Source: a virus (lineage: Duplodnaviria > Heunggongvirae > Uroviricota > Caudoviricetes). Taken from it: a stretch of 41,987 nucleotides of DNA. The notes beneath the pieces are model-generated. The model saw only the letters and a list, made by a program, of their open reading frames with translations. It was not told the origin of the DNA and searched no databases. Numbering within the stretch: the stretch's first letter is position 1; the number at the start of each line of letters is the position of its first letter. The stretch covers positions 1-41,987 of IMG/VR virus record IMGVR_UViG_647533160_000006; one strand, given 5' to 3'. The position numbers and the translations under genes are program-made. This document shows positions 1-10,536 of the stretch, piece by piece.

Positions 1-933
1 ATGGACAACGACAAAATTGATCAACACAGCGACGAAATTGAAGTTGAGAGCGAAGAAAAAGAGCGCGGCAAAAAAATAGAAATAGATGAAGATCGACTCC
101 CCTCCCGGGCGATGGCAATTCATGAGCATATCCGCCAGGATGGTGAAAAAGAGCTGGAACGCGACGCAATGGCACTACTGTGGTCAGCCATTGCGGCGGG
201 TCTGTCGATGGGCGCTTCACTACTGGCAAAAGGGATATTTCATGTCGAACTGGAAGGCGTGCCGGGCAGCTTCTTGCTGGAGAATCTCGGTTATACCTTT
301 GGTTTTATTATCGTCATTATGGCCCGCCAGCAATTATTTACCGAAAACACCGTGACTGCGGTACTACCCGTCATGCAAAAACCGACAATGAGCAACGTTG
401 GCTTACTTATGCGGTTATGGGGCGTCGTGCTGCTGGGTAATATTCTCGGGACAGGTATTGCGGCGTGGGCATTTGAATATATGCCAATCTTCAATGAAGA
501 AACTCGCGATGCATTTGTCAAAATCGGCATGGATGTGATGAAGAACACCCCCAGCGAGATGTTTGCCAACGCGATCATTTCCGGCTGGCTGATCGCCACT
601 ATGGTTTGGATGTTTCCTGCAGCGGGTGCGGCAAAGATTGTGGTGATTATATTGATGACCTGGCTTATTGCACTGGGTGACACCACCCACATCGTTGTCG
701 GTTCTGTAGAAATCCTCTATCTGGTGTTTAACGGCACGCTGCACTGGAGCGATTTCATCTGGCCCTTCGCACTACCTACTTTAGCGGGGAACATCTGCGG
801 CGGCACCTTTATCTTCGCGTTAATGAGTCATGCACAGATCCGTAACGACATGAGCAACAAGCGCAAAGCCGAAGCACGCCAAAAAGCAGAACGTGCGGAA
901 AACATTAAGAAAAATGATAAAAATCCGGCATAA
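1..933 (+). CDS. yfdC: FNT-family inner membrane channel YfdC (chromosomal flank)
   Basis: 310-aa ORF from window start with multiple hydrophobic segments; N-terminus MDNDKIDQHSDE matches my recollection of E. coli YfdC; lies immediately upstream of argW as in E. coli. Confidence 0.85.
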   Translation: MDNDKIDQHSDEIEVESEEKERGKKIEIDEDRLPSRAMAIHEHIRQDGEKELERDAMALLWSAIAAGLSMGASLLAKGIFHVELEGVPGSFLLENLGYTFGFIIVIMARQQLFTENTVTAVLPVMQKPTMSNVGLLMRLWGVVLLGNILGTGIAAWAFEYMPIFNEETRDAFVKIGMDVMKNTPSEMFANAIISGWLIATMVWMFPAAGAAKIVVIILMTWLIALGDTTHIVVGSVEILYLVFNGTLHWSDFIWPFALPTLAGNICGGTFIFALMSHAQIRNDMSNKRKAEARQKAERAENIKKNDKNPA

Positions 934-1008
934 ATGGCGAGGGTTTAAGCAATCGAGCGGCAGTGTACTTACCCCGCAGTCCATTAGCGGGTATACTCAT
1001 GCCGCATT

Positions 1009-1083
1009 GTCCTCTTAGTTAAATGGATATAACGAGCCCCTCCTAAGGGCTAATTGCAGGTTCGATTCCTGCAGGGGACACCA
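1009..1083 (+). tRNA. argW: tRNA-Arg (anticodon CCU)
   Basis: 75-nt sequence GTCCTCTTAGTT...GCAGGTTCGATTCCTGCAGGGGACACCA; acceptor stem pairs, anticodon loop CTCCTAA, T-loop GGTTCGATTCC, encoded CCA end. Confidence 0.9.
1069..1083 (+). other. attL core (prophage left junction inside argW 3' end)
   Basis: 15-bp CTGCAGGGGACACCA at the 3' end of argW is repeated exactly at 40284-40298; integrase gene follows ~160 bp downstream. Confidence 0.6.
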
Positions 1084-1244
1084 TTTATCAGTTCGCTCCC
1101 ATCCGTACCAGTCCGCAAAATCCCCTGAATATCAAGCCTTCCGTATATTCAAAGTTCGTCATGGTTCGCGTCAGATCGTTGACAGCCGCACTCCATGACG
1201 GGTAAAAAGTGGATAAAATAATTTTACCCACCGGATTTTTACCC

Positions 1245-2402
1245 ATGCTCACCGTTAAGCAGATTGAAGCAGCAAAGCCGAAAGAAAAACCATACCGCCT
1301 TCTCGATGGTAATGGCCTGTACCTTTATGTCCCTGTATCCGGGAAAAAGGTATGGCAGCTTCGCTACAAGATTGACGGTAAGGAGAAAATCCTGACCGTA
1401 GGAAAATATCCGCTAATGACTTTGCAGGAGGCAAGGGATAAAGCATGGACTGCGAGGAAAGACATCTCGGTTGGCATCGATCCGGTAAAAGCGAAAAAGG
1501 CTTCGTCTAATAACAATTCCTTTAGCGCCATTTACAAGGAATGGTACGAGCACAAGAAGCAAGTCTGGTCAGTAGGGTATGCGACTGAACTTGCCAAAAT
1601 GTTTGATGACGACATTTTACCTATCATCGGCGGCCTTGAAATTCAGGATATTGAGCCGATGCAACTGCTGGAAGTAATCCGCAGATTTGAAGATCGCGGT
1701 GCAATGGAGCGAGCCAACAAAGCACGCAGAAGATGCGGCGAGGTTTTCCGTTACGCTATTGTCACCGGCAGGGCTAAATATAACCCGGCACCTGACCTTG
1801 CTGACGCCATGAAGGGATACCGCAAGAAGAACTTCCCGTTTCTTCCTGCAGACCAGATCCCGGCATTCAACAAAGCACTGGCAACATTTTCAGGAAGTAT
1901 CGTATCGCTCATTGCGACTAAAGTTTTGCGCTACACAGCCCTAAGAACGAAAGAGCTTCGCTCCATGCTATGGAAGAACGTTGATTTTGAAAACAGGATT
2001 ATCACCATCGACGCCAGTGTGATGAAGGGACGCAAAATTCATGTGGTCCCGATGTCAGACCAGGTGGTTGAACTTCTCACTACACTAAGCTCAATCACTA
2101 AACCAGTATCAGAGTTTGTTTTTGCCGGGCGCAACGATAAGAAAAAGCCAATCTGCGAGAACGCTGTGCTACTTGTGATCAAACAAATCGGCTATGAGGG
2201 TCTGGAAAGCGGCCACGGATTCAGGCATGAATTCAGCACGATTATGAACGAGCACGAATGGCCTGCTGACGCTATTGAAGTGCAACTGGCACATGCCAAC
2301 GGCGGATCTGTGCGCGGTATTTACAACCATGCTCAGTATTTCGATAAGCGCAGAGAAATGATGCAGTGGTGGGCGGACTGGATTGATGAAAAGGTGGAGT
2401 GA
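1245..2402 (+). CDS. intS: Tyrosine recombinase / phage integrase (IntS-like)
   Basis: ORF next to argW; translation from MLTVKQIEAAKPKEKPYRLLDGNGLYLYV gives 385 aa, the length I recall for E. coli IntS; the track ORF starts at an upstream GTG (1209) without a convincing RBS. Confidence 0.85.
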   Translation: MLTVKQIEAAKPKEKPYRLLDGNGLYLYVPVSGKKVWQLRYKIDGKEKILTVGKYPLMTLQEARDKAWTARKDISVGIDPVKAKKASSNNNSFSAIYKEWYEHKKQVWSVGYATELAKMFDDDILPIIGGLEIQDIEPMQLLEVIRRFEDRGAMERANKARRRCGEVFRYAIVTGRAKYNPAPDLADAMKGYRKKNFPFLPADQIPAFNKALATFSGSIVSLIATKVLRYTALRTKELRSMLWKNVDFENRIITIDASVMKGRKIHVVPMSDQVVELLTTLSSITKPVSEFVFAGRNDKKKPICENAVLLVIKQIGYEGLESGHGFRHEFSTIMNEHEWPADAIEVQLAHANGGSVRGIYNHAQYFDKRREMMQWWADWIDEKVE

Positions 2403-2512
2403 TCCACCTTAACCACTATCGAAGTGCACAAAGCCTTGCAATTAAGTGCAAAGCTTTGTATATGCACCTTAGCTTATTTATATAAAATAAATTAATATCA
2501 AAGATATCCTTA

Positions 2513-4819
2513 CTAAGGACTTATTGCCCCAAATGCTTTGAATATTGCACCTTCCCCTTCTCCAGAAGATGTGCATACAAAACCAATGTGACCACCTGGC
2601 GAAGGATTTTTGAAAAATAAAACATCTCCTCTAACCCAATATCCAGTTTTTGGCAACTGTGTTACAGAAAATATTCTTTGATACCCTGCTACATTCTGCG
2701 ATTCATACAAATATGAATCCGTCCCTAAAGAAAGGAATTGTTTTGCCCCTACAGAAGATTTGGCATCACTATCAACAAGGCGACCCGCCCTTCCCCCTGA
2801 ATTTATTAATGGATACAACCAAAGTATGGTGTCTTTCTCTTGCCCAACCCCTGATATTGCTGCATTTTTTATAGATGCATTTTCAATTCCAGACACACCT
2901 ATATATGCTCGTTGCGAATCGGTACCGTTACCTATTGTCCTATTTATTAATTCAAAATTTTCTATCTTTACTGGATTTTCAAAATTAAGTATTTTTATAC
3001 CATTTGTTGCGGCAAACGTGATATCTCCGTTAACAGTGACAGTCAGGCCATCTATTACAGCTTCATATATTGAACCTATTGTTCCTCTTCCAGGCTTGAA
3101 CCCGGATGATATGATATTACATTCACTGAATGTTAATCTAATTATTTTAGAACTATCAAAATGGGTGCCATTTGATGCGTTCGTTAAAGAACCGTCTGGC
3201 TTGGTATCATAATGATTACATCTTATCAGTTTTGCAGCTCTTAAGTCGACTGAATGATCAAAGAACTCATTTCTGTGCTCTCCAATCAACCCTCTAAAAG
3301 TGCAATCAATGTATTTTAAATTAGGTGTATTTGATTTGCATGTTATGTTGAAAGAATTTGAAAGATATGAGTTTACCACCTTAATGTCATTAACTGGATT
3401 CGATTGAGTCCTATAGATGCTAAATGAAGAGAATTTTGCTTCATTTGCAGTAACTCCTTCAAGTACTACATTTGAAATTTTGCGTACTTCTGACTCTATG
3501 GCAAAGTTATGTCCAGGTGAACTTGATATACTACCAAGCCCGGAGTTATAGGCGTCGCCACTAATATAAATATTGTCTCCGCCAGCAACAACAAAAGCTG
3601 AACGCCCCATTTTGTTAATAGAGAAATTAGTAACTCGTGAATAACAATCATCTCCATTCAATCCTGCTAAATAAATAGCATCCATTGCTCCGTCATATGC
3701 TGTATAATGTGCATCAAATATCAAAACCTTATGATCAATAAACCAAAATCCATATTCTGGACATTGATATCCAGAATCCCCGAACTCCCCGCCTAATATT
3801 ACACTCTTTCCATTGAAATCAATATTAACTCTTCCTGAGATGGAAATAATTGGACAGCCATTAAACCCAAATAAAATACCTCTATTTGCACGATAGTCAA
3901 AATTTGTTTGAATTGTTTTAATTGGGAGGCCAGTTACCGGATCAAATGACCCAACCCGCAATCCATCTGAGAAAATAAAATTGCTATCATTAAATTCATA
4001 CCGCAGTGGATAATTGAAATTTCTTACTGTACATTTCTGGTTTGGTATATAAGACCCGCCAAATCCTGTCGCACCTGAAAGATACTGGCTTCCAACATAA
4101 AAATCTCCTTTTGGAAAAATTACCCTCACAGGCCCACTTCTTGTTTCAATATATCTCGCAAGCCTTTCAAGAATTTCATCATTTTTTGCACCATCATTAC
4201 TTTCATGTAACTTAAATGGTTCTATTCCTACATATATTGTTTCTTCTTTTATAAAAGAAACAGGCTCCCATAATGAAGGTTCTGGGTAACTCCCAGGAGG
4301 GACAAGAACATTATCTAATCCTTTCCTTGTATAAACTTTACCTTCTTTAAGAAAAAGCCCTGCCTGTCTCCTGTCGTCAATTGTAAATCCTGACTCAAAT
4401 GTTCCTATTAGATTAATACCATAGCTATTAGATAGCTCTTTCCAAATATTAAAAAGATTATGCTCCACCTGTTTCCGTAACTGATCAGGATCATACTTCA
4501 GCACATTCGGAAAATAGAACTGCTGCGCCCCATATGCATCGTACACAGCCATAGAATGACCTTGCACAGTTACGAACTTGGCAATCTGTCCGTTATATAC
4601 CGGATATCCGGCAGCGTTAATGATGATTGGTTGCGAAACGGGAACGTGAGAACCGTCTTCGTTCTCCACATAAACCTGAATCTGGTTTTCAGGATTTACC
4701 GGATCAGTGTCAATTTTACCGATATAAATTTTGCCATTGGCTACGGCTTTAAAAGAACGAGCCATAGTGAAGAGTTGCGAAGGCATAGATACAATCACAT
4801 TGGCTGTAATGTCTGTCAT
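2513..4819 (-). CDS. Tailspike protein (P22 gp9-like N-terminal head-binding domain, divergent receptor-binding region)
   Basis: 768 aa; first ~110 aa ([43 protein letters not shown]...VLKYDPDQ) match the recalled P22 tailspike head-binding domain; the remainder is not recognisably P22, Sf6 or HK620. Confidence 0.85.
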   Translation of the reverse strand: MTDITANVIVSMPSQLFTMARSFKAVANGKIYIGKIDTDPVNPENQIQVYVENEDGSHVPVSQPIIINAAGYPVYNGQIAKFVTVQGHSMAVYDAYGAQQFYFPNVLKYDPDQLRKQVEHNLFNIWKELSNSYGINLIGTFESGFTIDDRRQAGLFLKEGKVYTRKGLDNVLVPPGSYPEPSLWEPVSFIKEETIYVGIEPFKLHESNDGAKNDEILERLARYIETRSGPVRVIFPKGDFYVGSQYLSGATGFGGSYIPNQKCTVRNFNYPLRYEFNDSNFIFSDGLRVGSFDPVTGLPIKTIQTNFDYRANRGILFGFNGCPIISISGRVNIDFNGKSVILGGEFGDSGYQCPEYGFWFIDHKVLIFDAHYTAYDGAMDAIYLAGLNGDDCYSRVTNFSINKMGRSAFVVAGGDNIYISGDAYNSGLGSISSSPGHNFAIESEVRKISNVVLEGVTANEAKFSSFSIYRTQSNPVNDIKVVNSYLSNSFNITCKSNTPNLKYIDCTFRGLIGEHRNEFFDHSVDLRAAKLIRCNHYDTKPDGSLTNASNGTHFDSSKIIRLTFSECNIISSGFKPGRGTIGSIYEAVIDGLTVTVNGDITFAATNGIKILNFENPVKIENFELINRTIGNGTDSQRAYIGVSGIENASIKNAAISGVGQEKDTILWLYPLINSGGRAGRLVDSDAKSSVGAKQFLSLGTDSYLYESQNVAGYQRIFSVTQLPKTGYWVRGDVLFFKNPSPGGHIGFVCTSSGEGEGAIFKAFGAISP

Positions 4820-4877
4820 TTAATTTGCTCCAGATACAATGAATCGCCGCAGCATGGCTACGGTGAATTTTGGGCAT

Positions 4878-4900
4878 AAAAAAACCCAGCCGAAGCTGGG
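4878..4900 (-). terminator. Rho-independent terminator between ant and tailspike gene
   Basis: Minus-strand read CCCAGC-TTCG-GCTGGG followed by TTTTTTTAT. Confidence 0.7.
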
Positions 4901-4919
4901 TCGTTGCGTTGGTTATCTG

Positions 4920-5798
4920 TCAGTAGTTATGTACTGAAGGAGGTAATTCTTTATTCTTAAGTCTCATCCATGCGGAAAGATTCGTTGGTCCTTCTGGCTC
5001 ATTGATATCAACATCTCGTGTGTGATTGATTAAAACGTCCCTCGCCATTCCGATAACATACGAGAACTCATGACCGTAGTCGTAGCATCTGCCGGAATAG
5101 TTCGATTGAATTTGTTTTAATGCCGGATACAGTTCGCGGAATAATGCCTGTGAGCGGTTGGCATAATCCCATAACCATACAAGGCTGTTTGCTTCTTTTG
5201 CAGAAAGCTCGTTGGTTTTCTTCTCTTGTTTGCCGATAAACTCGCCTTCAAGCACTACCCTGTGGATGTACTCTACGGCCAGCGGGATTTGTTCAATTGA
5301 AAGTTCATCAATGCTGTCAATACCAAAACGCTGATGAACCATATTGTATGCATCGTCATAGCGAAGTCCTTTCTTTCCTACCAGCATGTTTACTGCATCG
5401 CGTAGCGGCGTTCTTTCCTCAACAGTGGTTTTCTTGCCTTTCACATACTCGCCATGTTTGCGAATTGAAGGTAGAACTTCTGCTGTTACCCACTTGCGGA
5501 ATTTGTGCGGGACCGAACCTTTATTGACAGCATCGCGGCAGCGCAGAACCAATGTATACATACCTGATTCGCTAACAATGCTTAGATTCTGCTCACCACC
5601 AAGGGTGTAACTTAAAGTTACTCCCTTTTCATCGTCATCAAGTGCAGTAAGCGCCTTGCGTGAGTTAGTCAGGGTTAAAGCATCACAAACATCTTTTGCT
5701 ACAAACCACGGATCACCGCATTTGTTGATGACGCGGATTTCACTGTCGCCGAATTTGAAGATGGTGAAATCGTTTTGTGCCTTTGCTATACTTTTCAT
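4920..5798 (-). CDS. ant: Phage antirepressor Ant (BRO-N / KilA-type)
   Basis: Motif [29 protein letters not shown] typical of Bro-N antirepressors; lies downstream of arc as in P22 immI; start chosen at internal Met (MKSIAKAQ) leaving a 68-nt arc-ant spacer; ORF is open up to 5864. Confidence 0.75.
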   Translation of the reverse strand: MKSIAKAQNDFTIFKFGDSEIRVINKCGDPWFVAKDVCDALTLTNSRKALTALDDDEKGVTLSYTLGGEQNLSIVSESGMYTLVLRCRDAVNKGSVPHKFRKWVTAEVLPSIRKHGEYVKGKKTTVEERTPLRDAVNMLVGKKGLRYDDAYNMVHQRFGIDSIDELSIEQIPLAVEYIHRVVLEGEFIGKQEKKTNELSAKEANSLVWLWDYANRSQALFRELYPALKQIQSNYSGRCYDYGHEFSYVIGMARDVLINHTRDVDINEPEGPTNLSAWMRLKNKELPPSVHNY

Positions 5799-5866
5799 GT
5801 CAATATTTCCTAATCCGATTTGTTGATACCGAAGCCCTGACTGTTCCCGCAGTTGGGGCTTCAACT

Positions 5867-6028
5867 TTACGCGCCAATGCGCCCTTCCTTCTTAAAGCTT
5901 TCCATTACTCTCTGATAAATCTCAGAGTTAACAGACCGACCATTCTCTTCCGCCACCTTGCGTACCAAATCCAATACTTCTTTAGGCCACCGCAAATTGA
6001 ACTGCGGCATCTTGCTCATTCCTTTCAT
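5867..6028 (-). CDS. arc: Arc repressor (ribbon-helix-helix)
   Basis: Translation [53 protein letters not shown] (53 aa) is essentially the P22 Arc sequence as I recall it; the track ORF is extended upstream. Confidence 0.9.
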   Translation of the reverse strand: MKGMSKMPQFNLRWPKEVLDLVRKVAEENGRSVNSEIYQRVMESFKKEGRIGA

Positions 6029-6044
6029 ATTCACCTCACAATAT

Positions 6045-6061
6045 AGGTCCACCGTGGACCT
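6045..6061. promoter_or_regulatory. Mnt operator (Omnt)
   Basis: Perfect 17-bp palindrome AGGTCCACCGTGGACCT in the arc-mnt divergent region. Confidence 0.8.
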
Positions 6062-6070
6062 ATTGAGAAT

Positions 6071-6091
6071 ATAGTAGAGTGCTTCTATCAT
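6071..6091. promoter_or_regulatory. Arc operator (Oarc)
   Basis: 21-bp ATAGTAGAGTGCTTCTATCAT, matching the Arc operator as I recall it, adjacent to Omnt. Confidence 0.75.
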
Positions 6092-6118
6092 GTCAATACA
6101 CTAACTTGGAGTGATGGC

Positions 6119-6370
6119 ATGGCTAGAGATGATCCGCACTTTAACTTCCGTATGCCTATGGAAGTAAGGGAGAAATTAAAATTCAGGGCGGAGGCGAATG
6201 GGAGATCAATGAACTCCGAGTTGTTACAAATCGTCCAAGATGCTCTATCAAAACCATCGCCTGTGACTGGATATCGCGACGATGCAGAACGACTCGCTGA
6301 TGAGCAGTCAGAGCTTGTTAAGAAGATGGTGTTTGATACGCTGAAGGATTTGTACAAAAAACCCACCTGA
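6119..6370 (+). CDS. mnt: Mnt repressor
   Basis: 83-aa product MARDDPHFNFRMPMEVREKLKFRAEANGRSMNSELLQIVQDAL... matches recalled P22 Mnt; divergent from arc. Confidence 0.9.
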   Translation: MARDDPHFNFRMPMEVREKLKFRAEANGRSMNSELLQIVQDALSKPSPVTGYRDDAERLADEQSELVKKMVFDTLKDLYKKPT

Positions 6371-6388
6371 AGGTGGGTCCTATTTATT
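6356..6388. terminator. Bidirectional hairpin terminator (mnt 3' end / lipoprotein gene 3' end)
   Basis: ACCCACC-TGAA-GGTGGGT flanked by an A-run on one side and CCTATTTATT on the other; convergent genes end here. Confidence 0.65.
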
Positions 6389-6806
6389 AGTCTTGCTTTG
6401 TTGATGGTATAAGAGATGCGTTTGCCTCTTTTGGCTTCAAGGTATACATCCCACCATTAAAAGGATCTACAGCAAGCCAACCAATTAACCCACCAAACAC
6501 AAGGTTTCCACCAATATACCAACCATTAGCATTGGCTTTGATTGGCAGGGTAACTGGTTCGTACCCATCCTTTTCCATAGTGATCTGGTAGCTCTTTTTG
6601 CCAAAATAACTACCATCTGACTTGGCAAGAGTTACTCCTTGCGGGGTCTTGCCTTGCGCAACAATCACGCCTGATTCGTCTTTTACTTTAAAGCTCGCAC
6701 CGGAAGGATTGCTGTTCACTTGCACGAGCTGTGTTTCGTCACCAACAATAGTTGCGCACCCAGATAACAATATAGCGCCAGCAACAACGCCGATAATCCT
6801 CTTCAT
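6387..6806 (-). CDS. Putative lipoprotein with PEGA-like domain (accessory gene in sieA slot)
   Basis: Signal peptide plus lipobox MKRIIGVVAGAILLSGC; PEGA-like pattern SNPSGA...GKTP...KDGYEP; C-terminal Gly-rich hydrophobic segment; sits between gp16 and mnt. Confidence 0.6.
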   Translation of the reverse strand: MKRIIGVVAGAILLSGCATIVGDETQLVQVNSNPSGASFKVKDESGVIVAQGKTPQGVTLAKSDGSYFGKKSYQITMEKDGYEPVTLPIKANANGWYIGGNLVFGGLIGWLAVDPFNGGMYTLKPKEANASLIPSTKQD

Positions 6807-6924
6807 ATCAATTTCCATATTTGAAAAAACCGGAAACATCCTAATGACAAACCATTCAAATGTGAAGTAGGCAAAAGATGTTTACTTTTTTCATGGTATC
6901 CTGCGAAAAACTAAGGAGGTTGGT

Positions 6925-7254
6925 GTGTTAGAAATAGTCGTACTCGCTCTTGGGATATCCTGTTGCGTACTATATGCAGGGTTAGCTGCCCTCAAGAAAC
7001 AGGTTAAGGAATTAGATCGCTCACATGAAATTGATACAAAAATTGCGCGATTAACAGAAGAGAATAAACACTTAAAAAATTCCATAAGGGCACTAACTGA
7101 TGACAACTACAAACTGTCCCATGCATTGGCTAAGTGGGAAATAGTAAGTTATGAAAGAATGACCGACATGATTTTTTCGTCTTATATGGCTACAAAATCT
7201 CCTGAAACATCAGGAAAAGCAATAATTGCAGCCATTGAAAAGAGAATTAAATAG
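6925..7254 (+). CDS. Small membrane-anchored coiled-coil protein (accessory gene in sieA slot)
   Basis: GTG start 5 nt after AGGAGG; N-terminal TM helix (LEIVVLALGISCCVLYAGLAAL) then heptad-like charged helix; divergent from the lipoprotein gene. Confidence 0.6.
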   Translation: MLEIVVLALGISCCVLYAGLAALKKQVKELDRSHEIDTKIARLTEENKHLKNSIRALTDDNYKLSHALAKWEIVSYERMTDMIFSSYMATKSPETSGKAIIAAIEKRIK

Positions 7255-7273
7255 CCTTCCTTGGCGTGCATTT

Positions 7274-9115
7274 CTACTGCCTGGTAGCTTCGTTAGTTAG
7301 GAGAGGGCGAACGGCGTTAGCAGCCTGATTTAACGCTCGCTCATATGCCGGAGTTCCAGGCTTGACGTTTGCAAGGCGGAGAAGCATGTTTCTTGCTGCT
7401 TTAGACTCATACAAACGCATCATTGCACCAAAGCCAGCCTCAAGCCCCATTGATACGCCAAGAGTTGCAGTTGCGCCAATCGTCCTTATCCTGTTGGCTT
7501 GCGATTGCCCCGTCTGAGTTACTACATTTGCGGTGTCTGACCTTGCTGTTTGCTGTAGAACTTCATGAAGAGCATCAAGCTCTTTCATGTGCTTTCCAGA
7601 AAAAATAGTGTTGTAAATTTCACCGCCTGACTGAGATTTCAGCTTATTAACTTCAGTGATGAACTTGGCTGGAGAGTCACCGGCCTTTTCCGCTATTTTG
7701 CTGACGTAAGCTGCACGCATAGCATCTTTCCCTTTATCATCCAATGCGCTCCAGATTCGTTTCACGTCAGATGGTTTTCTGCTTAATACAACGGTATTTA
7801 TAAGTTCAGGACTGGCTTCACTGCTTGCCTTGTTGAGCTTGTTAGCAATGTTTTTATTAAGCACCTTATTATAAACGTTTGCATAATCGGAATTTGCTTT
7901 AAGGTATTTTGCTGCGTCTGATGCACCGAGGTTTTTAGCAACTGCGTTACGAAGGTCTTTTGACATTGCATTCTCTACCATATTGGTAGCTGCTTTTGCC
8001 TGGTTGGGGAAGACCATAGCATCTCCCTGAACATTAGATCTAAATGCTGTTCTGTGCTGACGCAAGAGATCAAACGTAACATCCAAATCAGTTGCAGGGT
8101 TTGCTAATTCTTCACGTAGGTTACGCAAGGATGTAAGCAGGCTTTGATTGGCAGACGTCCCAAGCCGTTCCTGTCTTGCGATCGCTGTATTCAGAGCATT
8201 CATGGTATTTGTGGTATCAACTGCGGCATTACCCATTTTATTGGTGACGTCATTGATAACAGCGCCAGCGGCATCCTTCCGCCACCTTAACGTGGTGGTC
8301 AGAGATTTCACCACATCATCAGGGTTATACTCACCAAAACGGTCAAAATAATTACTTACCAGCTTACTACGCGTTGCATATTGCTCAGCTCGCTTTGAGC
8401 CTGTCCCGAGCAAAGCTCCCTCGGCATCCTGAGTAAGGCCGCGAGTGAAAGCATTTTTCGGCGGGATAACATCAGATGTCATTGGTGTCACGCCCATCGA
8501 TTCTGATGTGGCAATTTTCTTCGCCACTTCTGGCGCAATATCACCTTTTATAGCCGTTATTCCACGCCCTATTCCCTTTGCTGCTGCGGAAAGAACACCC
8601 TGAGCGGCAAGGTTAACTCCGGCATTTTTAGCTGCATTTTGTGCGAAATCGCCTTTCTGATTTGCGGCCTCTGCCAGTGATCCAATAGCCATGCTTCCTG
8701 CCGTTCCAACTCCTGGAACTAAATACCCACCAATTGTTTCACCTGCTTGTGCGTAGGGGTCTGTCGGTCTGTCTACTGGACGATAGACATCATCCAATAC
8801 TTTTGGCCCACCAAGCCCCTGACTGATTGCATTAATCAGACTTGCGCCACCCTGCAATACGTCAAATGGTATGTTTACCAGACCACGACCAGCCTGTTCT
8901 GTAATTTGCCCTGCACTTTGACCACCAGTGAGCCAACCGCCAGCTTGTTGCATCAATGATGGTTCTTCCCGTGTTGGTGCATTATTGGCATGATTAACTG
9001 TTTGTTGCTGAACAGCCTGACCAGCAAAATACTCATCAATGGCGGTGCCAATATCTTCGGTGCTCGTACCATCAGGAAAGGTAAATGTCTTACCGTTTGC
9101 AGTTACTTTCATCAT
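7274..9115 (-). CDS. Ejection (DNA transfer) protein, P22 gp16-like
   Basis: 613 aa, last gene of the late operon, size and order as P22 gene 16; Ala/Gly-rich. Confidence 0.8.
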   Translation of the reverse strand: MMKVTANGKTFTFPDGTSTEDIGTAIDEYFAGQAVQQQTVNHANNAPTREEPSLMQQAGGWLTGGQSAGQITEQAGRGLVNIPFDVLQGGASLINAISQGLGGPKVLDDVYRPVDRPTDPYAQAGETIGGYLVPGVGTAGSMAIGSLAEAANQKGDFAQNAAKNAGVNLAAQGVLSAAAKGIGRGITAIKGDIAPEVAKKIATSESMGVTPMTSDVIPPKNAFTRGLTQDAEGALLGTGSKRAEQYATRSKLVSNYFDRFGEYNPDDVVKSLTTTLRWRKDAAGAVINDVTNKMGNAAVDTTNTMNALNTAIARQERLGTSANQSLLTSLRNLREELANPATDLDVTFDLLRQHRTAFRSNVQGDAMVFPNQAKAATNMVENAMSKDLRNAVAKNLGASDAAKYLKANSDYANVYNKVLNKNIANKLNKASSEASPELINTVVLSRKPSDVKRIWSALDDKGKDAMRAAYVSKIAEKAGDSPAKFITEVNKLKSQSGGEIYNTIFSGKHMKELDALHEVLQQTARSDTANVVTQTGQSQANRIRTIGATATLGVSMGLEAGFGAMMRLYESKAARNMLLRLANVKPGTPAYERALNQAANAVRPLLTNEATRQ

Positions 9116-10527
9116 TCCACCGTAAATTGAATGCCTGATTTTGAGGTATATGATCCAACCTGATTCCGTGGTTCTCCTGAAGGTGTCGAATCTTGTGCTG
9201 GCGCTGCGTCAGTATTCATTGACATATACCGCTTAACGGCACTCCCCAATGATTCACCTTTTTTAACATCCAACCCCAATATCTGACCGCCATTACGCGA
9301 TTGTCCAGGGTTGCCATTCGCGCTCATCCACTCGGCTTTAAACTCATTAAACTGCGCGTTTCGTCGCTCAAGGTTTGCCATTGCATCAAGCCATCTTGCG
9401 ACCGTCTCAGGGTTATCCATGTCAGTTGGCGCACCCTGTCGAACGATCTCAACGTCTTTATCCGTTGCTGGGCCGGGAGGTAGGAATTTAAGAACCTGAC
9501 TGTTAACAAGGGCATTTTGGCGAATGCGCAAATCACGCAATGTTGTATCGCTTCCGGTAAGTTTTGCGAACATGTTCTGTGCGTTACCGAACAAACCTGT
9601 CGTTGGTTTTTCTGCTCTGAACTGTTGAGCAAGCGCACTCATGGAATTGGCTGAGTTTGATGATGCTGTGGCATTGTTTACAGCCGTCTCGATGCCTTTT
9701 TCCATATTTACTGACAGCTTAGGTGCTTCGCTAATCAACTGCTGAGCCTTTTCCTGCGCTTGCTGCATCTTAAACCCGAACTCTTGCTGATCCAGAGCCA
9801 AGCGTTGTGCTGCGATATTGTGCCCAGTCATTGCTGACTGATAGGAAAGGTTTTGCCCTCTCGCCTGAAGTGCTTCACCAGCCTGATTGCTGCGGATTGT
9901 CTCTGCCAGCCTGCCTCGGTCAATTTCACGACCAGCCATCTTATCCTGAACAGCAAACGCCTTTTCTGGTCCAAGCGCACCGAGAGACATAGTAGTCAGC
10001 ATGTGTGATAGCTGCTCTGGATTCTGGATACCTGTCTGAATCATCCAGTCAGCATTCGCACCAACGCGATTTAACCTGTCCTTGTTGTCAGTAATGAATT
10101 TACTGTAGGCTTCCGGTCCCTGAGAAAGAGCGACGTTAGCCCTCATGGCTAAATCGCCCATATCGTTGCGTTGCTGATCATTAAGACCTGAAAACGCCTG
10201 TTGTGCCTGTGCAACAAACGCTGGATTTTCCTGGGCAAACTTAAATAGTCCCGATGGATCACCAGAAGCCCATGCATCAGCATGAACCTTATTGAACGCA
10301 CTAATCGCTTTCTGTTGCTGTTCCTGATTGTAAATATCAGCAACTCCAGCCAGACCACGTAACGCGGTCAGACCAACGTTATTTGCACCTGAGCGAGCCA
10401 ACTCATTGTTTTCGCGGATCAGACCAAGCGTTGCGTTAATGTCGCTTGCCTTTGGCGCATTCTCATTTTGCGTACCGATGCCAGCCAGAAAACCACCAGA
10501 ATTAATACCCTGTTGCCACGTAGCCAT
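9112..10527 (-). CDS. Ejection protein, P22 gp20-like
   Basis: 471 aa (P22 gp20 is 471 aa), position between gp7 and gp16 homologs. Confidence 0.8.
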   Translation of the reverse strand: MATWQQGINSGGFLAGIGTQNENAPKASDINATLGLIRENNELARSGANNVGLTALRGLAGVADIYNQEQQQKAISAFNKVHADAWASGDPSGLFKFAQENPAFVAQAQQAFSGLNDQQRNDMGDLAMRANVALSQGPEAYSKFITDNKDRLNRVGANADWMIQTGIQNPEQLSHMLTTMSLGALGPEKAFAVQDKMAGREIDRGRLAETIRSNQAGEALQARGQNLSYQSAMTGHNIAAQRLALDQQEFGFKMQQAQEKAQQLISEAPKLSVNMEKGIETAVNNATASSNSANSMSALAQQFRAEKPTTGLFGNAQNMFAKLTGSDTTLRDLRIRQNALVNSQVLKFLPPGPATDKDVEIVRQGAPTDMDNPETVARWLDAMANLERRNAQFNEFKAEWMSANGNPGQSRNGGQILGLDVKKGESLGSAVKRYMSMNTDAAPAQDSTPSGEPRNQVGSYTSKSGIQFTVE

Positions 10528-10536
10528 GATTACCCC

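Noticed and set aside
1209-1244. Upstream GTG extension of the integrase ORF (track start 1209) and similar N-terminal extensions of ant (to 5864), arc (to 6091), gp4 (to 14552), cII (to 31022) and cIII (to 34877).
   Set aside because: Downstream starts give products matching the expected homolog lengths and have better RBS spacing; the extensions reflect absence of an in-frame stop, not real coding sequence.
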